Part shown: positions 44,302 to 55,415 of the stretch, in pieces
Layout: every line of letters begins with the position of its first letter
How positions within the stretch are numbered: position 1 is the first letter of the stretch
Notes under the pieces: generated by a model
What the model was told of the DNA's origin: nothing
The model's database searches: none
What the model saw: the letters and a program-made list of their open reading frames with translations, nothing else
Position numbers and translations under genes: made by a program
Source of the DNA: a bacterium
GTDB taxonomy: Bacteria > Cyanobacteriota > Sericytochromatia > S15B-MN24 > UBA4093
Reading direction: 5' to 3'
Assembly: GCA_035285805.1 (NCBI GenBank)
Contig: JAYKJE010000021.1
Location: 156,956-220,955, forward strand
DNA: 64,000 nucleotides

Positions 44302-45366
44302 ATGCGTCCTGGGATCCTGCGGTCAGGTTCGTGTGCCGTGCTGGTGAGCCTGGTCCAGGCCTGTGCCGTGTCTCAACCGTTCATGGTGTCACATGCCGCA
44401 TGGTCCATCCAGGCAACCGTCTCGCAGGCGAAGGGAGAGACCCCTCCGTACCCGGAGTCGTGGGTCTTGCAGCGGATCCGGGGGCCCCGTTCCGTATCCG
44501 TCGAGGGCGCAGGTCCCGTCGTCGCGGTCCTGGACACGGGGGTCGATCCTGACCACCCTGCCTGGAAGGGGCGCGTGCTTCCCGGGATCGATCTCCTGGG
44601 TGGGGAAGTCTGGCAGCATCAGGGACAGCGTTTCGAGTATCGCGGCCGCGATGGTCACGGACACGGAACCCACGTGACGGGACTCGTCCTCGCGTCGACC
44701 ACGGCCTGTCCGGGGATCCGGGTCCTGCCCATCAAGGCCATGAGCCTCGCAGGCACGGGTGAGGACGATACGCTGGCTCGCGCCGTCCGCGAAGCGCTGC
44801 GCTGGCGAGGTTCCACCGGGGAGCGCGTTCGCGTGATCAATCTCTCGGTGGGGTCCAGGGCTCCCTCGTGGACGCTCAGGGAGGCACTCGCGGAGGCCTT
44901 GCGAGCCGGGGTGCTCACGGTCGTGGCCGCAGGCAACCGGGATCTCGGGATCGACTATCCGGCCGCCTGGCCCGAGGCCCTCGCGGTGGGGGCGACCACC
45001 CGGGACGATCTGCTGGCCCCGTATTCCAATCGCGGGAGCCAGCTGGCCATGTGCGCTCCAGGCGGCGATGAACTGGAGCCGGTACCTTCCTCATGGCCTT
45101 CCTATCTGACCTCGGTGGATCGGCAGACTGGTAGGGAAACCGTCCACCTGGTGGGTCATCTCGCGGGTACCTCGATGGCTGCCCCGCTCGTCAGCGGTGC
45201 AGCTGCCATGCTCTTCGCTCTCGCACCGGGGGCCTCTCCGGAGCAGGTGCGCGTGCACTTGCTCTCGCGGGCCGTGCCGCTGGGGCCTCAAGGTCCCGAT
45301 CCGTACTTCGGGGCCGGACGTCTCGACCTGACACGCCTGCTCGCGCCCTGGCTGGGGGCCTCGTGA
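44302..45366 (+). CDS. S8 family (subtilisin-like) serine peptidase, secreted
   Basis: GGGAGGTG ribosome-binding site. Signal peptide. Catalytic triad contexts VAVLDTGVD, HGTHVTG, GTSMAAPLVSGAAA. The upstream part of the track ORF overlaps yggS on the other strand. Confidence 0.85.
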   Translation: MRPGILRSGSCAVLVSLVQACAVSQPFMVSHAAWSIQATVSQAKGETPPYPESWVLQRIRGPRSVSVEGAGPVVAVLDTGVDPDHPAWKGRVLPGIDLLGGEVWQHQGQRFEYRGRDGHGHGTHVTGLVLASTTACPGIRVLPIKAMSLAGTGEDDTLARAVREALRWRGSTGERVRVINLSVGSRAPSWTLREALAEALRAGVLTVVAAGNRDLGIDYPAAWPEALAVGATTRDDLLAPYSNRGSQLAMCAPGGDELEPVPSSWPSYLTSVDRQTGRETVHLVGHLAGTSMAAPLVSGAAAMLFALAPGASPEQVRVHLLSRAVPLGPQGPDPYFGAGRLDLTRLLAPWLGAS

Positions 45367-46235
45367 AAGCAGGGCGTGTCAAGTCCATGCGGTTCATCGC
45401 GCTACTGCTGGTGACGGGCATCCCGTCTTGCTCCGGCACCGGTCCGCTCCTGGCCGAGTTCCGGGTGGTCGATCCCGCCGGTCAGCCGATCCCGGGTGCC
45501 GTCGTGTTCGATGGTGCCCGGTCGTGCCTGACGGACGATCGGGGTCACGTGCGGGTGAATGCCGGTGTCCTGAGGATCCACAAGCCCGGATACCTCGAGG
45601 TGCGAAGCGAGCGGCACTCCCGGGCAGACGTGAGGCTCGCCACCACGAGCCTGTCCATCGACGTCGATGCCCGGGGAGACGAGGTTCCCTGGAAGGTGAG
45701 TCAGCGTTCCGGCGAGCGCATCTTTACCCGGCCTGATGGTCGTCCTTCCGCGGGGCAAGTCTGGGTGACCCATGCCCGCAAGGGCCTCGATCCCTCCTGG
45801 CGGGAGTGGGTTGCGGCCGGCCATACTGCCTGCCTGGTCGTGGGGCCTCCTTCTGACCTCGAGCAAGATCTGGCCTCGGTGCGCGACTTTCTGGCGGGGT
45901 CGGGACTGGAGGTCCTTTCCGGGGTCATCTGGCCGGTGGGTGGTGAACCGGGGGGGGGCGTCCCCCTCCTCGTGGGACGCGAGCTCGGGATCTCCGGGGT
46001 GGCGATCGCCGCCTACCGGCCTGGACGCCTCGGTGGACGCTCTCCTGCCCGGATGCTCGCGGCCACGGCAATGCCCACTTGGACCGTGATGGGGGCCGAG
46101 GCGACGGCACCTTCCAGCGTGACCTGGGTCGCAGGGGCCGGGCCGCTCGGGGCGGGAAAGGTCACGGTCCTGGTCGATTCGAGTCCCCTCGGGTCCGGGA
46201 GCACGCCGCTGCTCGAGGCCCTGCTGAGGTACTGA
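45363..46235 (+). CDS. hypothetical lipoprotein with CarboxypepD_reg-like N-terminal domain
   Basis: Start overlaps the S8 peptidase stop (4 nt). Lipobox LLVTGIPSCS. PIPGAVVFDGARSCLTDDRGHVRV motif. Confidence 0.5.
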   Translation: MKAGRVKSMRFIALLLVTGIPSCSGTGPLLAEFRVVDPAGQPIPGAVVFDGARSCLTDDRGHVRVNAGVLRIHKPGYLEVRSERHSRADVRLATTSLSIDVDARGDEVPWKVSQRSGERIFTRPDGRPSAGQVWVTHARKGLDPSWREWVAAGHTACLVVGPPSDLEQDLASVRDFLAGSGLEVLSGVIWPVGGEPGGGVPLLVGRELGISGVAIAAYRPGRLGGRSPARMLAATAMPTWTVMGAEATAPSSVTWVAGAGPLGAGKVTVLVDSSPLGSGSTPLLEALLRY

Positions 46236-46246
46236 ATCCGTGGACG

Positions 46247-48133
46247 ATGGCCCGGGTACCAGGTACCATGGTGCCTGTCGCCCCCAGCCTCAGAGAGCCG
46301 ATGCCGAGCCCCGATTCCGTCACGCGGAACCGAACCGTCAAGAACGTCGACCCGCGCAAGCGTCGCGTCGAGATTGCCGTCATCCTGCTCAAATACGGCT
46401 GGGATACCCTCATCTACCTGCTGTCGCTCTCGGAGTTCGTGCCATCCGGCCTGCGACAGAAGCTGGCCGTCTCGTCTTTCCTCCGGCAGGAAGTGGAGGC
46501 AGGTTCCGAGGAACTGCCCGACCTGAGCTTGCCGCTGCCGAGCGTGCTGCGTCAGATACTCGAGGAGCTCGGTCCCACCTTCGTCAAGCTGGGTCAGGTC
46601 CTCTCGACCCGCCCCGATCTGCTGCCTCCCGAGTACGTCGAAGAACTCTCGAAGTTGCAGGAGCAGGTCCGCCCGGCCCCCTGGTCGGACATGGAGCAGG
46701 TTCTGCTCAGCGAATGGAACCAGCGCCAGGGTGTGCGCGCCCTCGCGACCTCCGTCCGGGACATCTTTCCCGAGTTCGATACCATCCCGCTGGCTGCCGG
46801 GTCCCTGGGGCAGGTTTACAAGGCCAGGCTCGCGGATCCCGACGGTGCCCAGCGGACCGTCATCGTCAAGCTGCTGCGTCCCAACATCGAGGAGACGGTA
46901 GAGGGTGACATCGCGGTCCTCATGGACTTTGCGCGCACCCTCGCGACGCGAACACGCTGGGGTCAGTGGAACAACGTCGAGGGGCTCGCGGCGGAGTTTT
47001 CCCAGGTCATCCGCAACGAGCTCGACTTCACCCGCGAGGCGGAACATACCGAGGAAATCGGTCGAAATCTCCACCGCGATGGCGGCACCTGGATCAAGGT
47101 TCCACACATCCATCGCGAGCACTCGTCGCGTCGCATGATGACCGTCGAGTTCGTCACGGGTGTCAAGGTTTCGCAGCTATTCCCGGGGCGAGACGGCTCT
47201 CCTCCCGTCGTCGCGCTGACGCTACCCCAGCGCCAGAAGCTCGCCGAGACGCTCACGCACGCCTTTCTGCGTCAGATCTTCGTCGACGGGTTCTTCCATG
47301 CCGACCCGCACCCCGGCAACGTCATGTTCCAGTTCAGGGATGGTGACACCACGCGGCTTCCCATCCTGGTCCTGATCGATTTCGGGATGGTGGGGCGCCT
47401 CGATCCGCGATCCCGAGACATTCTCATCGACTTTCTGCTGGCTCTGCTGCAGTTCGATGCCGCTCGGGCCACCGAGCGGATCCTCGAGTACGGCTTCCCG
47501 CAGCAGCTCGTGGACAAGTACCGCCTGACGGTCGAGCTCGACCACGTCATGCGAGAGTTCCTCGGACGTCCTGTCAGCGAGATCCAGATCGGAGCGCTGC
47601 TCAACCAGGTGACGTCCTTGCTCATGCAGTATCGGGTCCGGATGCCGACCTCGTTCCTGCTGATCGCCCGCGTCCTGGCCCTCACGGAAGGGATCTGTCG
47701 CCAGCTCGACCCGCATTACATGCTCATCGAGGTGGCCGGCCCCTTCATCACGGGGATGATGCGCCGGCAGTTCACGGACCTGTTCAAGGGGCCCGAGCTG
47801 ATGCGCCTGGGCCTCGATCTCAAGAACGTGCTCATCCGCTCGCCTCGACGGTTCGATGACCTGCTGACGGCGCTCAATTCCGGTCAGCTCCGCTTCGAGA
47901 CGGAGGTGCGCCATCTGGCGCGCCTCGAGCGTACGCTCGTCACGATCGGGAACAAGGCGGCATTCAGCGTGCTGAACGCCGGCCTCGTCCTGGCAGGAGC
48001 GCTGCTGGCTCCACTTCCCGGGGGACCGCACGTGCTGGGCATTCATGTCCTCGGCTTGCTCCTGCTCGGTGTCAGCGGGGTCCTCGGCCTCGGCCTCCTC
48101 TGGGCGATCCTGCGTTCCGGCACCCTCAGGTAG
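46247..48133 (+). CDS. ABC1/UbiB family atypical protein kinase
   Basis: LGPTFVKLGQVLSTRPDLLP, IPLAAGSLGQVYKA and HADPHPGN motifs. C-terminal TM helices. Confidence 0.85.
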   Translation: MARVPGTMVPVAPSLREPMPSPDSVTRNRTVKNVDPRKRRVEIAVILLKYGWDTLIYLLSLSEFVPSGLRQKLAVSSFLRQEVEAGSEELPDLSLPLPSVLRQILEELGPTFVKLGQVLSTRPDLLPPEYVEELSKLQEQVRPAPWSDMEQVLLSEWNQRQGVRALATSVRDIFPEFDTIPLAAGSLGQVYKARLADPDGAQRTVIVKLLRPNIEETVEGDIAVLMDFARTLATRTRWGQWNNVEGLAAEFSQVIRNELDFTREAEHTEEIGRNLHRDGGTWIKVPHIHREHSSRRMMTVEFVTGVKVSQLFPGRDGSPPVVALTLPQRQKLAETLTHAFLRQIFVDGFFHADPHPGNVMFQFRDGDTTRLPILVLIDFGMVGRLDPRSRDILIDFLLALLQFDAARATERILEYGFPQQLVDKYRLTVELDHVMREFLGRPVSEIQIGALLNQVTSLLMQYRVRMPTSFLLIARVLALTEGICRQLDPHYMLIEVAGPFITGMMRRQFTDLFKGPELMRLGLDLKNVLIRSPRRFDDLLTALNSGQLRFETEVRHLARLERTLVTIGNKAAFSVLNAGLVLAGALLAPLPGGPHVLGIHVLGLLLLGVSGVLGLGLLWAILRSGTLR

Positions 48134-48233
48134 GACGGGGAGGACGACCAGGGATGGCCATCCCGTACACCCTTCCTGGCATCCTGCTCGCCCAGCATGG
48201 GAACTCGTCCCCGAGTTTCCTGGAGGTGCTGAC

Positions 48234-49658
48234 ATGAACGTCTGCGTGATCGGTACCGGATATGTCGGTCTCGTCACGGGAGTCTGTCTGGCCCACGTGG
48301 GGCACGACGTCCGGTGCGTCGACCGGGACGCGTCCAAGATCGCCCTGCTCGAGCGCGGTCAGTCGCCCATCTACGAGCCCCATCTGGACGACCTTCTCGC
48401 CACGGTCCAGGCCAGCGGAAATCTGCAATTCACCCTCGATCTGCAGGCTGGGCTGCATGATGCCCAGGTGGTCATCATCGCGGTCGGCACTCCTCCCCTG
48501 CCATCCGGTGAGCCCGACCTCTCCGCGGTTGAGCAGGTGGCGCTGTCCATCGGAGAGGCGATCGCCGCGCATCCGGATGCCCCCCTGCGGATCATCGTCA
48601 ACAAGAGCACCGTCCCCATCGGCTCGGGCAACTGGGTGGAGGCCCTCGTGGATGAAGGGGGAGCACGCCTCCTGGCGCGTGCCGGAGGCAGATCCGACGA
48701 ACGGCCCCGGGGGGGCACCGGGCCCCTGACGGGACGGTTCATCGTGGCGTCCAATCCCGAGTTCCTCCGGGAGGGCTCGGCGATCGCCGACACCTTCTAT
48801 GCGGACCGCATCGTCCTCGGGGCGAGCGACTCCAGGGCGATCGCCGCCCTGCGCGAGATGTACGCGCCCATTCTCGAGCAGACGTTCACGCCGCCGATGT
48901 TCCTGCCCCGGCCCGAACAGCTGACGGGGGTGCCGCTCGTCACGACCGATCTGCAATCCGCCGAGCTCATCAAGTACGCCGCCAATGCCTTCCTCGCGAC
49001 CAAGATCTCGTTCATCAACGAGATGTCGAGCCTCTGCGAGAAGGTGGGCGCGGACATCCTCGAGGTCGCTCGCGGCATCGGGCTCGATCCGCGCATCGGG
49101 CACCGCTTCCTGCAGGCGGGGGCCGGCTGGGGCGGGTCATGTTTCGGCAAGGATCTCAGTGCGCTGATGGCCACCCAGCGCGAGTACCATCTGGAACCGC
49201 GCATCCTGGAGGCGGCGGTGGCCGTCAACCGGGCGCAGCGTGATCGCATCGTCATCAAGCTGCAGGAAGGCCTCAAGGTCCTCAAGGGACGGACCATCGG
49301 GGTCCTGGGCCTCGCCTTCAAACCGGGGACGGACGACCTTCGGGATGCGCCGGCCCTGGACATCGCCAGGAGTCTCGTGCGGCTGGGCGCCCGCGTGCGG
49401 GTTCACGATCCCGTCGCGATGACACGGTGCCGGCAGCAGCATCCGGACCTCGACGTCGTCTATGCCGACGACCCCGTCGACCTGGCTGCAGGCACGGACG
49501 CCCTGGTTCTCGTCACGGAATGGGAAGCTTACCGCGTGCTGGACTGGCGCGAACTGACCGCGGTCAGTCGCGGCCGACTGGTGGTCGACGCTCGCAATGC
49601 GCTCGATCGCGAGCGGATCGTGGCTGCAGGCTGGACCTGGGTCGGCGTCGGTCGCTAG
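48234..49658 (+). CDS. ugd: UDP-glucose 6-dehydrogenase
   Basis: GGAGGTG ribosome-binding site. [16 protein letters not shown] Rossmann motif. Catalytic GGSCFGKD. C-terminal UDP-binding domain. Confidence 0.9.
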   Translation: MNVCVIGTGYVGLVTGVCLAHVGHDVRCVDRDASKIALLERGQSPIYEPHLDDLLATVQASGNLQFTLDLQAGLHDAQVVIIAVGTPPLPSGEPDLSAVEQVALSIGEAIAAHPDAPLRIIVNKSTVPIGSGNWVEALVDEGGARLLARAGGRSDERPRGGTGPLTGRFIVASNPEFLREGSAIADTFYADRIVLGASDSRAIAALREMYAPILEQTFTPPMFLPRPEQLTGVPLVTTDLQSAELIKYAANAFLATKISFINEMSSLCEKVGADILEVARGIGLDPRIGHRFLQAGAGWGGSCFGKDLSALMATQREYHLEPRILEAAVAVNRAQRDRIVIKLQEGLKVLKGRTIGVLGLAFKPGTDDLRDAPALDIARSLVRLGARVRVHDPVAMTRCRQQHPDLDVVYADDPVDLAAGTDALVLVTEWEAYRVLDWRELTAVSRGRLVVDARNALDRERIVAAGWTWVGVGR

Positions 49659-49676
49659 TCGCCTGGAGGAACGTTC

Positions 49677-50636
49677 TTGCGCGTCGTCTTGACCGGCGGA
49701 GCCGGTTTCATCGCCTCCCACTGGATCGACCGTCTGCTCGCCGACGGGCACGAGGTCGTGGCCCTCGACGACCTGAGCACGGGAGACCTCACCAACCTGG
49801 CCCATCACGAGGGAAATCCGCGGCTCCACTTCCGGCGACACGACGTGTGCGATCCGTTCGACGTGGAGGGCCGGGTGGATCGGGTGTTGCACCTCGCCAG
49901 CCCGGCCAGCCCCATCGATTATCTCCGGCTTCCGGTGCAGACCCTGCGTGTGGGATCGGAAGGCACCCGGCATGCCCTCGAACTGGCGAGGCGAAAGGGG
50001 GCGACGTTCCTGCTCGCTTCCACCTCGGAGGTATATGGCGATCCGCTGGAGCACCCGCAGCGCGAGACTTACTGGGGCCACGTGAATCCGATCGGGCCGC
50101 GGTCGGTCTATGACGAGGCCAAGCGATATGCCGAGGCCATCACGATGGCCTATCACCGCGCCCACGATGTCGACACGCGCATCGTCCGGATCTTCAACAC
50201 GTACGGACCTCGCAACCGGCTCGACGATGGCCGGGTCGTGCCTACCCTGATCGCCCAGGCCCTTCGCGGGGAGGCGCTCACCATCTTCGGAGATGGCTCT
50301 CAGACCCGGAGCTTTCTTTACGTGGAAGATCTCGTGGCAGGGTTCGAGGCCGTCCTGGCCCATCCCTCGGGAGACCCCTTCAACCTGGGGATTCCCCGTG
50401 AGACGACGGTCCTCGAGTTTGCCGAACGCATTCGCGAGATCACCGGTTCTCGCAGTCCGATCGTCTTCCGACCTTTGCCGCAGGACGATCCGAAGCAGCG
50501 GCGCCCCGACATCTCGCGCGCCCGAGAGGTGCTGGGCTGGGAGCCTCGCGTGACGCTGGCAGACGGTCTGGCCCGGACCATTGCCTGGTACCGGAACCGC
50601 ATCGCTCAGGAGGTCGCCCATCCGGATCGGGTTTGA
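49677..50636 (+). CDS. uxs: UDP-glucuronate decarboxylase (UDP-xylose synthase)
   Basis: TTG start after [16 protein letters not shown] motif, YDEAKR, and the UXS-typical RIFNTYGPR. Confidence 0.85.
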   Translation: MRVVLTGGAGFIASHWIDRLLADGHEVVALDDLSTGDLTNLAHHEGNPRLHFRRHDVCDPFDVEGRVDRVLHLASPASPIDYLRLPVQTLRVGSEGTRHALELARRKGATFLLASTSEVYGDPLEHPQRETYWGHVNPIGPRSVYDEAKRYAEAITMAYHRAHDVDTRIVRIFNTYGPRNRLDDGRVVPTLIAQALRGEALTIFGDGSQTRSFLYVEDLVAGFEAVLAHPSGDPFNLGIPRETTVLEFAERIREITGSRSPIVFRPLPQDDPKQRRPDISRAREVLGWEPRVTLADGLARTIAWYRNRIAQEVAHPDRV

Positions 50637-51729
50637 CGCGCGCCTCCAGGACCATACGGGGATCGGGCGCTACATCCACGGTCTGTTGCCGGCTCTGGCG
50701 GAGCAGGGGGTGGAGGTGTTCGCCTGGATGAGTCCCGAGCAGGTCGAAAGAGGCAACTTGCCCGGGGTCCGGGCCATCCCGGTGCCGGAGGCGCCCCCGC
50801 TCACCTTGCGCGGACAGCGGGCGATCGCCCGGGCGATCGCCCGGGAACGGGTCGACCTGGTCCACTTTCCGCACCTTGACGTGCCTCGCTGGGTTCGCTC
50901 ACCGCACGTCGTGACCGTACACGACCTCATCCCGCTTCGCGTCGCGGATCCCACGCGACCGCCGTGGAAGCGCCTCGCCTTCCGGTGGGTGGCCTCCACC
51001 GTCCCTCGCCGTGCGACTCGTGTCTTCACGGTTTCGCACCACACGCGCCAGGATCTCGAGACGTACCTCGGTCTGCCGCCGGGACGCATCCTCGTCACGC
51101 CTCCCGGGGTCGAGGAACGGTTCTTCGACCCGGTTCCGGACGGGGCGATCGCCGAGCTGCGGACCCGGATGGCCCTCCCCGGTCCTTTCGTCCTGGTCGT
51201 GGGACAGACGAAGCCCCACAAGAATCTCGACCTGCTGTTCGAGGTCTTCGCTGCGCTCGAAGACCGGTATCCCGCCCTGCGCCTGGTGGTGGCCGGAATG
51301 CCCGATTCTGCCTCCAGGCTGGAATCGCGCATCCTGGAGCGCGGTCTGGCCGCGCGCGTCCGCCTGGTGGGTCGGGTCGACGAGGACGACCTGCACGGTC
51401 TCATGGCCGCGGCGACCTGCCTGGCTTTCCCGTCGTGGTACGAGGGTTTCGGCCTGCCTCCGCTCGAGGCCATGGCCCACGGCACCCCCGTGCTGGCCAG
51501 TTCGGCCACTTCCGTACCGGAAGTCGTCGGAGATGCGGGGCTGCTGCTCGATCCGGCCAACATGCTAGAATGGCGCTCGGCCCTCGAGCGTATCCTCGAA
51601 TCGGCCGAACTCCGTGACGCCCTGCGGTCCAGGGGGCAAGCCAGGGCCCGCATGTTTCGCTGGAGCGAGACGGCTCGCGTGACGGTCGAGGGGTACCGCG
51701 CCACGCTCGGCTTGGCGCCCGGGGACTGA
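50581..51729 (+). CDS. glycosyltransferase family 4
   Basis: IRIGFDAR N-terminus typical of GT4. C-terminal [17 protein letters not shown] motif. The ATG at 50581 overlaps the uxs 3' end by 56 nt, so the true start may be internal. Confidence 0.75.
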   Translation: MPGTGTASLRRSPIRIGFDARLQDHTGIGRYIHGLLPALAEQGVEVFAWMSPEQVERGNLPGVRAIPVPEAPPLTLRGQRAIARAIARERVDLVHFPHLDVPRWVRSPHVVTVHDLIPLRVADPTRPPWKRLAFRWVASTVPRRATRVFTVSHHTRQDLETYLGLPPGRILVTPPGVEERFFDPVPDGAIAELRTRMALPGPFVLVVGQTKPHKNLDLLFEVFAALEDRYPALRLVVAGMPDSASRLESRILERGLAARVRLVGRVDEDDLHGLMAAATCLAFPSWYEGFGLPPLEAMAHGTPVLASSATSVPEVVGDAGLLLDPANMLEWRSALERILESAELRDALRSRGQARARMFRWSETARVTVEGYRATLGLAPGD

Positions 51730-51749
51730 AGACTGGGGACTTCGATACC

Positions 51750-52862
51750 TTGAAGGTCGCGATCATCCACGACTGGCTGACCACGCTGGGTGGCTCGGAA
51801 CGCGTGGTCTGGGCCCTTCACGAGATGTTCCCCGGGGCGCCGGTGTTCACGAGCGTCCATCGACGTGGGTTGCTCCCGCGCCCGTTCGAGGAACTGGACG
51901 TCCGGACCTCGTTCTTGCAGCGGCTCCCGGGATCCACGCGACTCTATCCGCGCCTGTTGCCGCTGATGCCTCTGGCCTTCGAGCAGTTCGATCTCTCCGA
52001 GTTCGACCTGGTGATCTCTTCCAGCCATGCCTGCGCCAAGGGTGTCATCACGCGCCCCGACCAGGTCCACGTCAGCTATGTCCACGCCCCCATGCGCTAT
52101 GCCTGGGATCTCACGCACGCCTACCAGCGAAGCCTGCCAGCCCCCCTCCGGCCCGCGGCGGCGATGCTGCTCAGCGGCCTGCGCCAGTGGGACGTACTCA
52201 GCGCCAACCGGGTCGATGCCTTCGTGGCCAACAGTCGCGAGGTGGCCGGGCGCATCCGCAAGCATTACCGTCGCGAGGCGACCGTGGTGCATCCCCCCGT
52301 CGACGTCGACCGCTTCGAGGTCCTGCCCGCATCGCACGTCGGCGACCACCTGGTGGTGCTTTCCCGGCTGGTCCCTTACAAGCGCGTGGATATCTGCATC
52401 GAGGCGGCCAACCGCACGGGCCGCCGTCTCAGGGTCATCGGCGACGGGCCGCTCTATCGCGACCTCCGGGCCCAGGCCGGACCCACCGTCACCTTCCTGG
52501 GCAACCTGCCGGACGAGGCCGTTGCCCGGGAGCTGGCCGGGGCCTCGGCGCTGCTGTTCGCGGCCTTCGAGGATTTCGGGATCGTGCCCGTCGAGGCGAT
52601 GGCGTGCGGGCGTCCCGTGATCGCCCTCGGGCATGGTGGGGTCCGGGATACCGTCCTGGACGGAGTGACGGGCACGTGGTTCGACGAGCCCCGGCTCGAG
52701 AGTCTCGTCGCCGCGCTGGAACGTCATGACCGCTTCGAGTGGGATCCCGCGCAGATCCGGACGCATGCCGAGCGATTTTCCCCGGCGGCCTTCCGGCGGG
52801 GCATGCAGGCCGTGATCGATGGGGCGCTGGCACGGGAGGTGGGCGAGGTGACCCTTGTCTGA
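51750..52862 (+). CDS. glycosyltransferase family 4
   Basis: MKVAIIHDWL N-terminus. C-terminal EDFGIVPVEAMACGRPVIA motif. Confidence 0.8.
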   Translation: MKVAIIHDWLTTLGGSERVVWALHEMFPGAPVFTSVHRRGLLPRPFEELDVRTSFLQRLPGSTRLYPRLLPLMPLAFEQFDLSEFDLVISSSHACAKGVITRPDQVHVSYVHAPMRYAWDLTHAYQRSLPAPLRPAAAMLLSGLRQWDVLSANRVDAFVANSREVAGRIRKHYRREATVVHPPVDVDRFEVLPASHVGDHLVVLSRLVPYKRVDICIEAANRTGRRLRVIGDGPLYRDLRAQAGPTVTFLGNLPDEAVARELAGASALLFAAFEDFGIVPVEAMACGRPVIALGHGGVRDTVLDGVTGTWFDEPRLESLVAALERHDRFEWDPAQIRTHAERFSPAAFRRGMQAVIDGALAREVGEVTLV

Positions 52863-54384
52863 ACCCGTGCTCCAGATCCCGCTCATCGACGATTCCTCCG
52901 CCTCGCGGGTGTCTCGCTTCGACTGGTTGCGGCGGCACGTCTTCACGGTCGGGCGTCCCCTCGTCGTCCTCGCCGACTGGCTGGTCGTGTTCAGCGTCTT
53001 CCAGCTCGTTTACCAGGTGCGATTCGTGTGGAAGGCGTGGGCTGCCGTCGAACAGGCCCCTCCCGTCGGTCCTTATCAGGTGGCCACGGCGGTGGTTGCG
53101 ACGGTGCTCATCGGTGTGCTGGCCGTGCTCGGCCTGTACCGGATCCGGCGCCTCGCCTCCCGTTTCGATGATACCGTTATCCTCGTCACGGGCCTCACCC
53201 TGGGCGCCTTGCTGGCGCTCGGCCTGGGCTTCTTCTACCGCGGTTTCAGCTACTCCCGTCTGGTCTTCGTGACGAGTCTCGGGGCCAGCTTCCTGGCACT
53301 CTGGATCGGTCACCTCGGGTTGCGGTGGCTCCAGGACCGGCTTCATGCCCGGGGCTGGGGAACCCTCAACGTGGTCATCGTGGGCTGCAACTCCCTCGGC
53401 AACCTGATGGCCGAGCGATTTCGCCGTGCTCCTCAGATGGGGTACCGGGTCGTGGGCTTCGTGCCCGCTCCGGGTGAGTGGATCGAGGGTGATTCCTGGC
53501 TCACGACGATCCGGACCGGAGAGCTCCGGGAGACGCCACGCGAGGTCTGTGGACCGTTCCTGGGGGACTTCGATCGGCTCCCGGAGATCCTGAGCTGGAT
53601 CGCGCTCGACATGCTGGTCGTGGCGCGTCCCGGAGCCAGCCTGTCCTCGCTGTTCGAGACGATCCTGGCCTCGGGGGTCGGCCCGGACGTGACCATCCGC
53701 ATCGTGCCGGATCTGCTGGAACTGATGACGGCGAAGATCCGGATGGTCGAACTCGACGGAGTCCCCACGCTCGAACTGGGCGAGGTGCCCCTCCGACGCT
53801 GGACCAACCGCTTCCTCAAGCGGGCCATGGACATCGTGCTCTCGGCCATGGGCCTGCTCGGAACCTTGCCCGTGATGCTGGTGGCGGCCGTGCTGGTCAA
53901 GCTCTCCAGTCCTGGACCCGTCTTCTATCGTCAGGAACGCATGGGCCGCGACGGTCGCCTGTTCAACATCTACAAGTTCCGGTCCATGCGCGTCGATGCC
54001 GAGGCCTCCACGGGGCCCGTCTGGGCGACTCCCGGTGATGCACGCGTCACTCCCGTGGGGCAGTTCCTCCGGCGAACCAGCATCGACGAGCTTCCCCAGC
54101 TCTGGAACGTCCTCGTGGGGGACATGTCCCTCGTGGGGCCGCGCCCGGAGCGTCCGCACTTCATCGAGCAGTTCCGCCAGCAAGTGCCCAAGTACATGGA
54201 CCGGCATCTCGTGCGCAGCGGCCTGACGGGCTGGGCCCAGGCCAACGGGCTGCGGGGTGAAGAGGGGACGATCGAGGAGCGGACGCGGTACGACATCTAC
54301 TACATCGAGAACTGGTCGCTGCTCTTCGATCTGCGGATCATCTTCAAGACGGCGCTCGAGGTTCTCGGACACCGGGCATACTGA
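52855..54384 (+). CDS. undecaprenyl-phosphate hexose-1-phosphate transferase (WbaP/polyprenyl glycosylphosphotransferase family)
   Basis: N-terminal TM helices plus a conserved C-terminal sugar transferase domain ([22 protein letters not shown]...[24 protein letters not shown]). Confidence 0.9.
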   Translation: MSEPVLQIPLIDDSSASRVSRFDWLRRHVFTVGRPLVVLADWLVVFSVFQLVYQVRFVWKAWAAVEQAPPVGPYQVATAVVATVLIGVLAVLGLYRIRRLASRFDDTVILVTGLTLGALLALGLGFFYRGFSYSRLVFVTSLGASFLALWIGHLGLRWLQDRLHARGWGTLNVVIVGCNSLGNLMAERFRRAPQMGYRVVGFVPAPGEWIEGDSWLTTIRTGELRETPREVCGPFLGDFDRLPEILSWIALDMLVVARPGASLSSLFETILASGVGPDVTIRIVPDLLELMTAKIRMVELDGVPTLELGEVPLRRWTNRFLKRAMDIVLSAMGLLGTLPVMLVAAVLVKLSSPGPVFYRQERMGRDGRLFNIYKFRSMRVDAEASTGPVWATPGDARVTPVGQFLRRTSIDELPQLWNVLVGDMSLVGPRPERPHFIEQFRQQVPKYMDRHLVRSGLTGWAQANGLRGEEGTIEERTRYDIYYIENWSLLFDLRIIFKTALEVLGHRAY

Positions 54385-54416
54385 GGCACGGACCTCTGGA
54401 ACGGAGAACGGAGCGC

Positions 54417-55415
54417 ATGGCGAAGGGCAAGATCCTGGTGGTAGGAGGGGCGGGCTACATCGGCTCGCACGCCGTGAAGGCACTGGACGCGCGGGGATAT
54501 GACCTCGTGGTCCTCGATGATCTCTCGACCGGCTTCCGGGACGCCGTCGTGGCCGGGACCTTCGTCGAGGGCGACCTCGGCGATCGCCCGACGCTCGACC
54601 GTCTGTTCACGTCGCATGCCATCGAGGCGGTCATGCACTTCGCGGCCTTCGCCTACGTGGGTGAGAGCGTCCAGCAGCCCGGCAAGTATTACCGGAACAA
54701 CGTCGCGGCCACGCTCACGTTGCTCGAGGCGATGCGCGACCACGGGATCCGGAACTTCATCTTCTCGTCCACCTGTGCGACGTATGGCATCCCGCAGCAG
54801 GTCCCGATCCCCGAAACGCATCCGCAGTGGCCCATCAACCCGTACGGCTGGACCAAGCTGATGGTCGAGCGGATGCTGGCCGACTTCGACCGGGCCCACG
54901 GTCTTCGCTACGTCGCCTTCCGGTATTTCAACGCGGCCGGTGCGGATCCGGACGGTTTCCTCGGGGAACGCCACGATCCCGAGACGCATCTGATCCCGCT
55001 CGTGCTCCGGGCGGCGGACGGGGGTGAACCGCTCAAGGTGTTCGGGGACGACTACCCCACGCCGGATGGCACCTGCATCCGCGACTACATCCACGTCTCG
55101 GATCTCGCCGATGCTCACGTGCTCGGCCTCGAACGCCTGCTGGCCGGGGGAGAGAGCACGGTCTACAACCTGGGCAACGGTCAGGGGTTCTCCGTCAAGG
55201 AGGTCATCGCGGCCGCGGAGCGGGTGACCGGGCGGCCGGTCCCGCATGCGTTCGCCCCGCGCCGGGAAGGCGATCCGCCTGCCCTGGTCGGCTCGGCCGG
55301 GCGGGCCCGCGAGGAGCTCGGCTGGCAGCCTCGCTTCGCGGACCTCGAGACGATGATCGCGACGGCCCACCGCTTTCACCAGCGGCGTGTCCCGATGGGA
55401 GGACATCATGGGTAA
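54417..55415 (+). CDS. galE: UDP-glucose 4-epimerase
   Basis: VVGGAGYIGSH, YxxxK (YGWTK) and full-length GalE-like sequence. Confidence 0.9.
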   Translation: MAKGKILVVGGAGYIGSHAVKALDARGYDLVVLDDLSTGFRDAVVAGTFVEGDLGDRPTLDRLFTSHAIEAVMHFAAFAYVGESVQQPGKYYRNNVAATLTLLEAMRDHGIRNFIFSSTCATYGIPQQVPIPETHPQWPINPYGWTKLMVERMLADFDRAHGLRYVAFRYFNAAGADPDGFLGERHDPETHLIPLVLRAADGGEPLKVFGDDYPTPDGTCIRDYIHVSDLADAHVLGLERLLAGGESTVYNLGNGQGFSVKEVIAAAERVTGRPVPHAFAPRREGDPPALVGSAGRAREELGWQPRFADLETMIATAHRFHQRRVPMGGHHG

